A stretch of 64,000 bases of DNA from Trichormus sp. ATA11-4-KO1 (GTDB taxonomy: Bacteria; Cyanobacteriota; Cyanobacteriia; Cyanobacteriales; Nostocaceae): positions 1 to 64,000 of the forward strand of contig JAHHIM010000016.1 of assembly GCA_019358915.1 (NCBI GenBank). Reading direction: 5' to 3'. A program made the position numbers and the translations under genes. This document shows positions 55,244-64,000 of this stretch, one piece after another; within the stretch, counting starts at the first letter, position 1; each line of letters begins with the position of its first letter. Below the pieces are notes generated by a model that was not told where the DNA came from, did not search any database, and was given only the letters and a program-made list of their open reading frames with translations.

Positions 55244-57439
55244 ATGAGCGTGAATGATACTGCACACTCCGATAATTTTACTTGGAATCGACAAGTATAT
55301 CACCGTCTGAAACTTTCCCTGAGTCTTGGCTTACGGAGACAGCTTTTTTTGGCTGTAAGTGATGATTTACACTTGAGAAATCAAGTAGCTGCTCGTTTGC
55401 ATTCTACTTTGGCTTATCCAGTGGGACAGGTGCTATATCAGCCTTTGGATGGACAGGAAACCAGTACTCCTGCATATCCGCGATTAGTCACATTAAGGTT
55501 GAATTTAAGCGATCCGAATCCCATAGATCATATAAATCAATGGCTAGCTAACTATCCACCGCCAATTGTGGGTGCATCGAAAGATACACCAGGACGACCT
55601 TTACCCATACCATCATTTCAGATTGTGGGTGTAGAGCGATTAACCAAGCAATCAGTGGCAATACAGCGTTTATTTTTACACTATCTGCGCTTAAGTGAGC
55701 AGAATTTTTCTAGCCAAGAATCTAGTCGGTTTCTAGAATCCAGTGTGCTGTTGTGGGTATCGCGTCCTTGGTTATCTGCTATTCAACAGTCAGCACCACA
55801 ATTTTGGCGTTGGCGTACTGGTGTGTTTGTGTTTGCAGGAGAACCTACACCAACAACACAAAATCAAGGTTATCCAGAACGTGCTTCCAGTTCAAGAAAC
55901 TTGGATTTAGGAAATCTTGAGCAATCTATTCTAGATGAATCAGTCATCGAAGCCGAACTCCAAGCCGCATCGGCTACAGGCTTAAAATTTGGGGATGATT
56001 TTGACTTACCTGTCGAAGCACCAACGCACCACCAAGGTAATTTGACATCGCCATCTTTGAAGACTGGGCTAAAGCCACAGGTATCCACTGCTAGATCTAG
56101 TAAGAGCAATAATTTACCACTATCATCGTTACCTCATATTAGTAAAGAGTTAACAGAGTTAGTACTAGCAACAATTAACACTAAGCTGGCTCAAGATGCA
56201 GAAGATAATTGGCAACCCCAGCAAGTTCTCTTAGAGATTGAGGAATTACACTCACAGCAGGCCTCAGCAGAGGTGCTGGCAGCAGCGTATCATCACTTGG
56301 GGAACTTATATCGCTTGCGCGTTGAACAGGGACAGTCAAGTATAGAAAATTTGATGGTAGCAATTCTCGCTTATCAAGAAGCGATCGCCTATGATGAAAC
56401 TTCGCTACAACTGCCGGATATTTTAAATGACTTGGGTACACTCTATTGGATGTTGTACCGCACACCACACAACGCTGGGGATGGGAGAAATTACATAGAA
56501 CAGGGAATTGAATTTTATCATTTGGCTTTAAAGCTGATTTCTCCTGAAGAACAGTCAGAAACTTATGCACGGGTACAAAATAATCTGGGGACAGCTTACG
56601 GTGATTTAGCGCGTTTTGCGAATCCAGCAGATAACTGGCAACAAGCAGTTTTAGCTTATAGTGAAGCACTGCGCTATCGTACAGCCGAAATGGAACCTTT
56701 AAAGTATGCTGCTTGCCAAAATAATTTAGGTACTGCTTACTGGCATTTGGGGCAATATAATCAACCAATTGTGCATTTAAAGAAAGCGATCGCCTCATAC
56801 AAACAAGCGCTGGCTTATTACAGCCCTGAACAGGAACCGCTCAAATATGGGATGATTCAAAATAATATTGGTACTGCTTACTGGAATTTGGCACAATACG
56901 AACAACCAGCAGAAAATTTGCAGCTAGCGATCGATGTCTATAGCGAAGCTTTAAAATATCGGACTCCTGCTAATGTTCCTAGCGCCTGCGCCGCTACACA
57001 AAATAATCTTGGTACAGCCTATTGGCATTTAGCAAATTTATCACAAACAACTAAAGAGGCACGGCAAAAGTTACTACAACTGTCTATTAATGCTTATGAT
57101 GAAGCTATTGCCTTGGCGCAGTCACTTGGCGGTATACCTTTAAGTTTTGATTTGTTTGCAGCTCACAATAATTTGGGATTAGCTCATTATCAGCTAGTAA
57201 CTGATAATTCTTTTAGTGGTAATAAAGCTACAACTTCACAACATTTAGAAGCGGCTTTAAATAATCATTTGCAAGCTTTAAATGGATTGAGTAAACAACC
57301 AGAGGCTTATCAAACAACTTTCACTTATGTGGTGAAAACAATTCGTGCTTTCCATAGTGAATTGGGGATACAGGGACAAAATCTGGCTTTGTCTAAAGTT
57401 CCTGGTCATTTGTTACCGGAAATTTTACCTAAGTTGTAG
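55244..57439 (+). CDS. TPR protein with a degenerate P-loop/STAND-like N-terminal domain
   Basis: Repeated QNNLGTAYW TPR units; N-terminal LLWV...QQSAPQFWRWRTGVFVF block. Confidence 0.85.
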   Translation: MSVNDTAHSDNFTWNRQVYHRLKLSLSLGLRRQLFLAVSDDLHLRNQVAARLHSTLAYPVGQVLYQPLDGQETSTPAYPRLVTLRLNLSDPNPIDHINQWLANYPPPIVGASKDTPGRPLPIPSFQIVGVERLTKQSVAIQRLFLHYLRLSEQNFSSQESSRFLESSVLLWVSRPWLSAIQQSAPQFWRWRTGVFVFAGEPTPTTQNQGYPERASSSRNLDLGNLEQSILDESVIEAELQAASATGLKFGDDFDLPVEAPTHHQGNLTSPSLKTGLKPQVSTARSSKSNNLPLSSLPHISKELTELVLATINTKLAQDAEDNWQPQQVLLEIEELHSQQASAEVLAAAYHHLGNLYRLRVEQGQSSIENLMVAILAYQEAIAYDETSLQLPDILNDLGTLYWMLYRTPHNAGDGRNYIEQGIEFYHLALKLISPEEQSETYARVQNNLGTAYGDLARFANPADNWQQAVLAYSEALRYRTAEMEPLKYAACQNNLGTAYWHLGQYNQPIVHLKKAIASYKQALAYYSPEQEPLKYGMIQNNIGTAYWNLAQYEQPAENLQLAIDVYSEALKYRTPANVPSACAATQNNLGTAYWHLANLSQTTKEARQKLLQLSINAYDEAIALAQSLGGIPLSFDLFAAHNNLGLAHYQLVTDNSFSGNKATTSQHLEAALNNHLQALNGLSKQPEAYQTTFTYVVKTIRAFHSELGIQGQNLALSKVPGHLLPEILPKL

Positions 57440-57504
57440 ATATGGTGCGGTGAAGCAAGTTTTTTTTAACGTGCGCGCAGCGTATACCGCCAAGAACGAC
57501 CATT

Positions 57505-57855
57505 TTATGTGCTGTTCTGACGATATGATTCTAGGCTATCAATCATGTCCAGAAGAATAATGAACTTCAAACCAAATTCAGTTAATTTATACTCCACACG
57601 AGGTGGAATTTCTGGGTAAGATATCTTCTCAAGAATGCCAAAATTAATCAGATCAGACAATCGTTCGTTTAGCACCTTAGTCGTTAATCCTTCAACGGCA
57701 CGAGTGATAGCGCCTGGACGGTTTATCCCTGTCCGAACTAATCGGAGAACTTCTAACATCCATTTACAACCGAGAGTATGCTCCACAATATAAGCAACAG
57801 TCGGCTGAGAACTGGAAAACTTTTTTGCAGTGCCACGAGATTGTGATCTTTGCAT
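57505..57855 (-). CDS. HxlR-family winged-helix regulator
   Basis: LGCKWML, GLTTKVLNERL, YPEIPPRVEYKLTEFG. Confidence 0.93.
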   Translation of the reverse strand: MQRSQSRGTAKKFSSSQPTVAYIVEHTLGCKWMLEVLRLVRTGINRPGAITRAVEGLTTKVLNERLSDLINFGILEKISYPEIPPRVEYKLTEFGLKFIILLDMIDSLESYRQNST

Positions 57856-57979
57856 TTGCTACTAAATGGTAACTACCTCACCAAACAGTGCTTACTTGAA
57901 CCCATGAGGGCAATCTCCTAAGCTCAGTGTCAAATGATTTAACCCTATAGGGTTTATTTTAGACATAAAGGTAGTAGTT

Positions 57980-58948
57980 ATGGAATACATGAAAGCTGCG
58001 GTACTAACAGCATTTGGTGAGGCGGAAGTGTTGGAAATTAAAGATATGCCCAAGCCAACGCCAAAACCTAATCAAGTTTTGGTACGAGTATGTGCCACAT
58101 CAATCAATCCTGTTGATTATCAAATCTGTCGTGGTGACTACAAGAACTTTGTTCAACTACCCACAATTATTGGAGTTGATGTTTCGGGTATCGTTGAAGC
58201 AATTGGAGAGATGGTGACAGATTTCCAGGTAGGAGATGAAGTCTACTATTCTCCGCAAATTTTTGGAGAGTCTGGTAGTTATGCTCAGTATCATGTTGCC
58301 GACGAAAACATAGTGGCTAGGAAGCCTGCTAATTTGTCCCATGTTGAGGCAGCCTGCTTTCCACTAGCAGGGGGAACGGCTTGGGATTGCCTTGTGACTA
58401 GAGGAAATCTACAGGTGGGTCAATCAGTTTTAATCCATGCTGGTGCGGGTGGAGTTGGTTCTATTGCTATTCAATTGGCGAAAGCAATGGGTAGTTATGT
58501 TTTCACAACGTGCAGTGCTAAAAATTTTGATCTTGTTAAAAAGTTAGGTGCAGATTATGTGAGCGATTACAAGAATGAAAATTACATCGAAGTGATTAAG
58601 CAAGAAACGAAAGGTCACGGTGTTGATTTGGTTTTAGACACGATTGGGGGAGATACAATTCAACGTAGCCTGGAAGTGATTTGCCCCTACGGCAAACTTG
58701 TGAGTATTGTTGATATCACAACTCCTCAACCACTCATGGAAGCGTGGGCAAAGAATTTAACCATTCATTTTGTTTTCACTTCACAGTATCGAGGAAAGTT
58801 AGATGCATTGAGTAAACTGATCGAGCGCAATCAGCTTCGACCTGTAATTGATTCAGTTTTGCCTTGGAAACAAATCGTTCAAGCTCATCAGCAATTAGAA
58901 CAGCAAGGCAAGCGAGGCAAGATTGTATTGCAGTTCACTGAAAATTAA
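57980..58948 (+). CDS. NADPH:quinone oxidoreductase-like MDR protein
   Basis: SINPVD, GVDVSG, HAGAGGVG, GKIVL; lacks the Zn-ligand pattern; divergent from HxlR. Confidence 0.9.
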   Translation: MEYMKAAVLTAFGEAEVLEIKDMPKPTPKPNQVLVRVCATSINPVDYQICRGDYKNFVQLPTIIGVDVSGIVEAIGEMVTDFQVGDEVYYSPQIFGESGSYAQYHVADENIVARKPANLSHVEAACFPLAGGTAWDCLVTRGNLQVGQSVLIHAGAGGVGSIAIQLAKAMGSYVFTTCSAKNFDLVKKLGADYVSDYKNENYIEVIKQETKGHGVDLVLDTIGGDTIQRSLEVICPYGKLVSIVDITTPQPLMEAWAKNLTIHFVFTSQYRGKLDALSKLIERNQLRPVIDSVLPWKQIVQAHQQLEQQGKRGKIVLQFTEN

Positions 58949-59112
58949 AGATGTTTTCTCTGTCGAACTCACGTTAAGCTACTGGAATATGGCATTTATT
59001 GTTGATTTTAGCTCGTCGTCAAAGATCCTAAATAGATTCTATAAGCACGAAGCAATAAGCAGCATCAAATCTACTTACCACTGCCTAAATTTATAGTGGG
59101 AATTTAAATCCT

Positions 59113-59847
59113 TCAAAAGCGTACCTTATACAAATCAAATAATTCTCCTGATTGCTGCTTAACTACTTTTGCACCTGTAGTTTTAATCATTTTTTCCCAC
59201 TCAACGACAGGTTCTAGAAATACCTCAGTACCCAAATATGTTTCCAGAACTGCCCAATCTTCTGCTAGAGGTTGTTCTGGGTTCAGGATGTCAAACACAA
59301 AATGTCCGCCTGATTTCAACACTCGTTTGACTTCTAGCAGTACAGCACTCCAATATTTGAGGGGAAAATAGCAACTGAATCCTGTAGCGATCGCTAAATC
59401 AAACTGGTCTGCTAAATAGTTTAATTGATGCGCTGGCCCCAACTCCACACCTTTGAACAGCTTGGAGTTCAACTGCGGCCCACGAGAAATTAGGGTATCC
59501 CGGGCCACAGTGCTGATTTCTTGCCCATAAAAATATGCTTGCCAATCCCGCCAAGGATAAATTAACAAGCTGACTCCACAGCCAATGTCCAAACAGTGCT
59601 GGTTTTTTTGAGGTTGAGCAATTTCCCAGAAAGGAGAAACAACTTTACCAGATAAAATACCATTAACCCATTCTTGATATATTGGCATCGCCTGTACTTC
59701 TGCTGGTAGTTCCCATTCTTGATTTTGATACTGTCGATTAAAGCGATAACCTACCTGCTCTACTCTCTCTTGCCAGTTCTCTGAGTGGAGGGGAGTGTGC
59801 ACAGGAAAGAGATCACTGGGGATGGGCGAATTACGCTTTTTAGACAT
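59113..59847 (-). CDS. Class I SAM-dependent methyltransferase
   Basis: CLDIGCG, RVLKSGGHFVF. Confidence 0.9.
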   Translation of the reverse strand: MSKKRNSPIPSDLFPVHTPLHSENWQERVEQVGYRFNRQYQNQEWELPAEVQAMPIYQEWVNGILSGKVVSPFWEIAQPQKNQHCLDIGCGVSLLIYPWRDWQAYFYGQEISTVARDTLISRGPQLNSKLFKGVELGPAHQLNYLADQFDLAIATGFSCYFPLKYWSAVLLEVKRVLKSGGHFVFDILNPEQPLAEDWAVLETYLGTEVFLEPVVEWEKMIKTTGAKVVKQQSGELFDLYKVRF

Positions 59848-60072
59848 TCTGTCTCGTTGCTCCTGGGTACTTCAATCAAGTTCTAGTGTATACAAATAGT
59901 CAGAAATAGAAGAAAATTCAAAATTAGCTGGCTTTTACTTGTGCACAGACCAGACTTATTTTTGTAGTTATGAGACTGTTTGTTAACAAAAATCAAGGTG
60001 ACAAAAACCGGGTTTCTTTTAATTAGAATTAAGATACCCATTCTATAATTTTTAAAAGCAGGGAAAAGATCA

Positions 60073-60504
60073 ATGATGAATGTGGGATTTTTTAACAGGA
60101 TTCCTGTAATGCCCCTGGTATTGCTCTGGTTAGCTTATGCTCTCTTGGGGTGGTATCTTGCTGCTCACCACATCATTTGGCTAGCAGGGGCTTTTGTAGC
60201 TGTTGTGGCGATCGCTATAGTCCGCAAGAGTATTGCTTGGTTGGAGCGGTTGGTGGCATTTGGCTCTAGAATCTTAGTTGTCATCTTATTTTTAAGTATA
60301 TCAGTTGCCTTAGTAGAAACTTGGTCGCTATTTTTCAGTCTCTTTCTCATACCCATAGCAACTACATTTTTAGCTGACTTAGAAATGCGTTTTGCTGGCT
60401 TCAACAGGCTTGATTCGTTTTGGATTTTAACTGTCCTGGCGGTGTTTGGTTTAGTAGCGGGAGAATTGATAGATATTTTACTTTTGCCCAGTAGCCGATT
60501 TTAG
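60073..60504 (+). CDS. Hypothetical membrane protein
   Basis: 143 aa with several TM helices. Confidence 0.7.
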   Translation: MMNVGFFNRIPVMPLVLLWLAYALLGWYLAAHHIIWLAGAFVAVVAIAIVRKSIAWLERLVAFGSRILVVILFLSISVALVETWSLFFSLFLIPIATTFLADLEMRFAGFNRLDSFWILTVLAVFGLVAGELIDILLLPSSRF

Positions 60505-60515
60505 AATCAAAAGAC

Positions 60516-60905
60516 TTAATCATTTATTTGATAACGTACCAGTTTCCTCACTTCCTCAATTGACATGCCTAACTCTCTGGCGATCGCATTCTCTAGCTGG
60601 CTGATATCCGTCACAGGAAACTGAAATTTCACATTTTCCTGTGTAGGGTCTATAGCTTTAACCACAACTTCACTCACACCCAATTTTTTATTAACCTCCG
60701 CTTGCACGGATAATAAATATATCGGCAGATAGAATTCTGGTGGAGCATCAGTCTGGAGTTTATTGACAGTGCCATAAGGTCGGCTCAAAACCTTCTCTGC
60801 TAATAAATTACCACTAGACCAAAAGACAATCCCCAAAAGAGGTAGAGGTAGCCAGAATTCCCACCCTAAAAAATGTAATAATTTCAGGCAACGGCGTAAG
60901 AACAT
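60516..60905 (-). CDS. Hypothetical single-TM protein
   Basis: LGWEFWLPLPLLG...LENAIARELGM...VRKLVRYQI; ATG at 60905 preferred. Confidence 0.7.
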   Translation of the reverse strand: MFLRRCLKLLHFLGWEFWLPLPLLGIVFWSSGNLLAEKVLSRPYGTVNKLQTDAPPEFYLPIYLLSVQAEVNKKLGVSEVVVKAIDPTQENVKFQFPVTDISQLENAIARELGMSIEEVRKLVRYQIND

Positions 60906-61047
60906 AAGGGAACAGGTGACAGGGGACAGGAAAAAACTTAGTAAACACAGTTGTTGGTCTGTTAAAAATCCTACTAGTGGAAGACGCTTTTTTGTGTAAG
61001 TTTTTCTACTCTTGGATGATGAACAATATAGACACAAGCATGTGGCG

Positions 61048-61722
61048 ATGCGAATACTTCTTGTAGAAGATGATGTAGAACAATTAGAACCCCTGCAAAC
61101 AGCGTTGTCACAGGCTGGACATATTGTAGACGGAGTGGAAGATGGGGAAGTCGCTCAGTGGGTAATTTCTCAAAGAGATTATGATCTATTGATTCTGGAC
61201 TGGATGCTGCCGGAAATTAGTGGATTAGAATTGTGCCGTCAGTATCGGCAAGCAGGTAAAAAAGCACCCATATTAATGCTGACTGCAAAAGATACCACTG
61301 TTGATAAAGTCACAGGTCTGGATGCTGGAGCCGATGATTATCTTGTCAAACCTACAGATGTGTTTGAGTTATTAGCACGGGTACGAGCATTAGGCAGGCG
61401 ATCGCCTGTGTGGCAAGGAGAAACTCTCCAGCTTGCTGATTTGCAATTGCACATTTCTACCCTAACAGTAGAACGGGAACAAACATCTGTAGAGTTATCT
61501 ACCCGTGAATTTCAATTACTAGAGTACCTAATGCACCACCCACGTCAGATTCTCAGCCGTAACCAAATAGAACAAGCATTATGGGAGTGGGGTAGCGAAC
61601 CAGAAAGCAACGCTACAACAACTCTAGTCCGCCGTCTACGACAGCGCTTACAAGTAGTAGGTGCAGCTGACTGGATTGAAACAGTTTATGGCACGGGTTA
61701 TCGAATTAATCCCAGGGAGTAG
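61048..61722 (+). CDS. OmpR-family response regulator (RppA/NrsR-like)
   Basis: MRILLVEDD, LDWMLP, GLDAGADDYLVKP, ETVYGTGYR. Confidence 0.95.
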   Translation: MRILLVEDDVEQLEPLQTALSQAGHIVDGVEDGEVAQWVISQRDYDLLILDWMLPEISGLELCRQYRQAGKKAPILMLTAKDTTVDKVTGLDAGADDYLVKPTDVFELLARVRALGRRSPVWQGETLQLADLQLHISTLTVEREQTSVELSTREFQLLEYLMHHPRQILSRNQIEQALWEWGSEPESNATTTLVRRLRQRLQVVGAADWIETVYGTGYRINPRE

Positions 61723-61731
61723 GGAGCAGGG

Positions 61732-61904
61732 CAGGGCTGTTTCATTCGCTTGTGTTGGAGATTTGTCAAGAGGATAATCTCACGCAAAGGCGCAAAGACG
61801 CAAAGAAAAATCAGGTATTTCGGACTGAAGATGCCAAAATTTTCGGTCTTAATTGTGGATTTGCCCTTGCAATTTTAACCCTTTTAGGGAACGAATCAGC
61901 CCTG
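61732..61904. mobile_element. 173-bp MITE with CAGGG- TIRs and a 10-bp target duplication (ISAs1-like ends)
   Basis: CAGGGCTGTTTCATTC / GAACGAATCAGCCCTG (14/16 inverted); GGGAGCAGGG at 61722-61731 and 61905-61914. Confidence 0.88.
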
Positions 61905-62095
61905 GGGAGCAGGGGGCAAGGGGAGCAGGGGAGATTACTAATATAAGTTCTTTCCCCTCTGCTCCCCATTTCCTCTGCCTCTCTGCCTGTTTTAACCCAC
62001 TCCCTGGTTACTGAGCGCAGTCGAAGTACACTCCCCATCTCCCCTAACAAGGCAAAATTAAAAAAAGAACTCTGCTGTTTTGCCTTTTCCAACAC

Positions 62096-63379
62096 ATGTT
62101 TAACCGTAGCCGTCGCAATTTGGCCCGTTGGTTTACCCTTTCAATGGGCGGTATTCTTATAGTATTTGCCGGCACGCTCTACTACCAAGAAGTACTTCAG
62201 CAGTTAGAGGTCATAGATTTACTGCTGTACAAAAAAGCTAGGGTAATTGCCGGAAATGTCAAGTACAAACTGCGTCAAGGTCAAGAGCAAGTATTTCTTA
62301 ACAATGTGCCTCTGTTGGGAAATAACCCACCACCCCTAGATAGTGAAGTCGTCTACGCCCGTTGGTATGATGCTAAAGGTCAGCTCCAGCGATTTTTTGG
62401 TACGCCTCCCAAAGAAAGGTTGAGCAAAACATTAGAATTTCAGACGATTAAGATTACCGAAAAGTTAGATTCATCGTCATTACAAGTTATTTGGCTACGT
62501 CAAATTACGCTTCCAGTTCAGCACAATGGTCAGTTAATCGGCTATCTGCAAATGGCACTCCCGATGACTCGCGCCCAAGAGTCTTTACGCCAGTTTCTGC
62601 TGTTATTAGTGTTGATGGTGTTAATTGCCTTAGGCGTAACGAGCCTTACAGGTTGGTTTCTAGGAGGACTGGCGATGTTGCCGATTCGCTACAGTTACCA
62701 ACAACTCCAGCGCTTCACGGCTAATGCTTCCCATGAATTACGTGCCCCTTTAGCAGCAATACTCAGTAATGCTCAGGTAGGTTTGCTAGCTCCTATTGAG
62801 GATAGTTCTACCAAGCATCTGCGTTTACAAAAGACTGTAGAAGTTGCCAAATCGATGAATACCCTAATTGGCAACTTGCTCTTTTTGGCGCGTCGGGCTG
62901 GGCGTTTACTTCCTGAATCTCTGCCAGAAGTTGATTTGAGTGATTTACTAGGGGAATTATTGGACTCCCAAACTCTCAAGGCTGCTGCTCAACATTTGCA
63001 ACTCAAGAGTGATTTACCAGCACAGCCAATTGTGCTGAATGCAGATCCTGATCTCTTATGTCAAGCAGTAATGAATTTACTTAACAATGCCTGTAAATAT
63101 ACTCCATCTGGCGGGTTGGTAATGTTGCGCTTATTTACTGAGTATGGTCAGGCAATAATTCAAGTTGAAGATAATGGTATAGGCATTCTACCAGAAGATT
63201 TACCCCACATTTTCGAGCGATTTTATCGAGTGGATAAGCAACGGACACGTTCTGCTGGTGGCTTTGGCTTAGGATTAGCGATCGCTCAACAAATTGTTGT
63301 AGCTCATGATGGTCATCTCAGTGTCAAAAGTTCACTGGGACAAGGTTCTTTGTTTCAGATTGAGTTGCCATTGCTGTGA
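62096..63379 (+). CDS. Sensor histidine kinase (RppB/NrsS-like)
   Basis: Two TM helices, [14 protein letters not shown]-box, NACKY, DNGIGI, FERFYR, GFGLGL. Confidence 0.95.
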   Translation: MFNRSRRNLARWFTLSMGGILIVFAGTLYYQEVLQQLEVIDLLLYKKARVIAGNVKYKLRQGQEQVFLNNVPLLGNNPPPLDSEVVYARWYDAKGQLQRFFGTPPKERLSKTLEFQTIKITEKLDSSSLQVIWLRQITLPVQHNGQLIGYLQMALPMTRAQESLRQFLLLLVLMVLIALGVTSLTGWFLGGLAMLPIRYSYQQLQRFTANASHELRAPLAAILSNAQVGLLAPIEDSSTKHLRLQKTVEVAKSMNTLIGNLLFLARRAGRLLPESLPEVDLSDLLGELLDSQTLKAAAQHLQLKSDLPAQPIVLNADPDLLCQAVMNLLNNACKYTPSGGLVMLRLFTEYGQAIIQVEDNGIGILPEDLPHIFERFYRVDKQRTRSAGGFGLGLAIAQQIVVAHDGHLSVKSSLGQGSLFQIELPLL

Positions 63380-63391
63380 AAAATATCAGCT

Positions 63392-63424
63392 TGTCATCTG
63401 ATAGTCACATTTGTTGTTTATACT
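63392..63424 (+). promoter_or_regulatory. Putative OmpR/PhoB-type direct-repeat box and -10 element for mgtE
   Basis: TGTCATC (63392) and AGTCACA (63403) with an 11-bp period; TATACT at 63419-63424. Confidence 0.5.
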
Positions 63425-63498
63425 TGTCCAAACAAGTAAACATTAAAAAACAAATTAGTTGAGAAAAACTGCTTTAATTACAATGCTCCGGTTCGCCT

Positions 63499-63933
63499 AT
63501 GGAAAGCAGATCCCGACAAGACTTACAGGAGCTAGTCCGCGAACAGCTTCAGGTATTACTCGAACAAAAGAACTTTCAGGGTGCTAAAGCTTTATTAGTT
63601 CCTGTTCAGGTTGCAGATATCGCCGAAGCCATTGAAGGTTTGCCAGAGGCTATGCAAGCGATCACCGGCATCTTGCTAGGAACAATGTTAGGTATAGTAA
63701 TAGTGTGGGCATTCTTTTTGCAAGGAAGTTGGTTAGTAGCGATCGCTGTAGGTATTAGTCTATTTTCTATTTGCGTTTTAGCCTCAATCTCTGGTTCTGC
63801 TTTGCCGTTTCTGTTTCGCGCTCTTAGGCTAGATCCAGCTTTGATGTCTGCTCCATTTATTACTACTGCCGTTGACGTGTTGGGAGTTTTGATTTACCTC
63901 AACGTAGCGAGATGGATTTTACAGTTTTCTTAA
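63499..63933 (+). pseudogene. mgtE: Magnesium transporter MgtE with a large in-frame internal deletion
   Basis: MgtE N-terminus (ADIAEAIEGLP) is joined directly to the C-terminal helices (LDPALMSAPFITTAVDVLG); 144 aa, no CBS domains. Confidence 0.88.
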
Positions 63934-64000
63934 TATTTTCTTGGCTATCAAGTTGAACCAGAAGGAAGAAGGATGAATTTGCATGGGGATTCCGACCACT

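Noticed and set aside
57460..58980. HxlR + oxidoreductase pair as a TIR-bounded mobile unit (TTAACGTG...CACGTTAA)
   Set aside because: Only an 8-bp inverted match and no target duplication; a common regulator-enzyme module.

Overview
Core chromosomal region of a heterocyst-forming cyanobacterium (Nostocales). Evidence: sepJ-hetR locus, frequent HIP1 octamer GCGATCGC and heptamer STRR arrays. It is mostly housekeeping: rpsD, moaA, ahcY, purB, split pntA/pntB, rpmH-rnpA-yidC-jag, a SigJ/SigF-type sigma factor, pdxJ, ycf54, crtE, folD, a class A PBP, tyrS-pyrF, the ssaD-ogdA TCA shunt, petL, aroB, cimA, a thiO-thiG fusion, psb34 and an OmpR-type two-component pair. I see no CRISPR array, rRNA, tRNA, prophage or intact transposase, and I cannot support a wholly new multi-gene system. 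The most unusual signals are small-scale. (1) A young 75-bp tandem expansion lies in the SepJ linker. (2) A 21-nt element splits a HIP1 site in frame in aroB, and an apparent in-frame deletion at a HIP1-like junction yields a mini-MgtE. (3) Several enzymes carry in-frame small-repeat insertions. (4) Two intact MITEs have perfect target duplications and share an internal module. (5) There are IS scars and decaying genes. All family assignments come from recognising the translated sequences; no database search was run.
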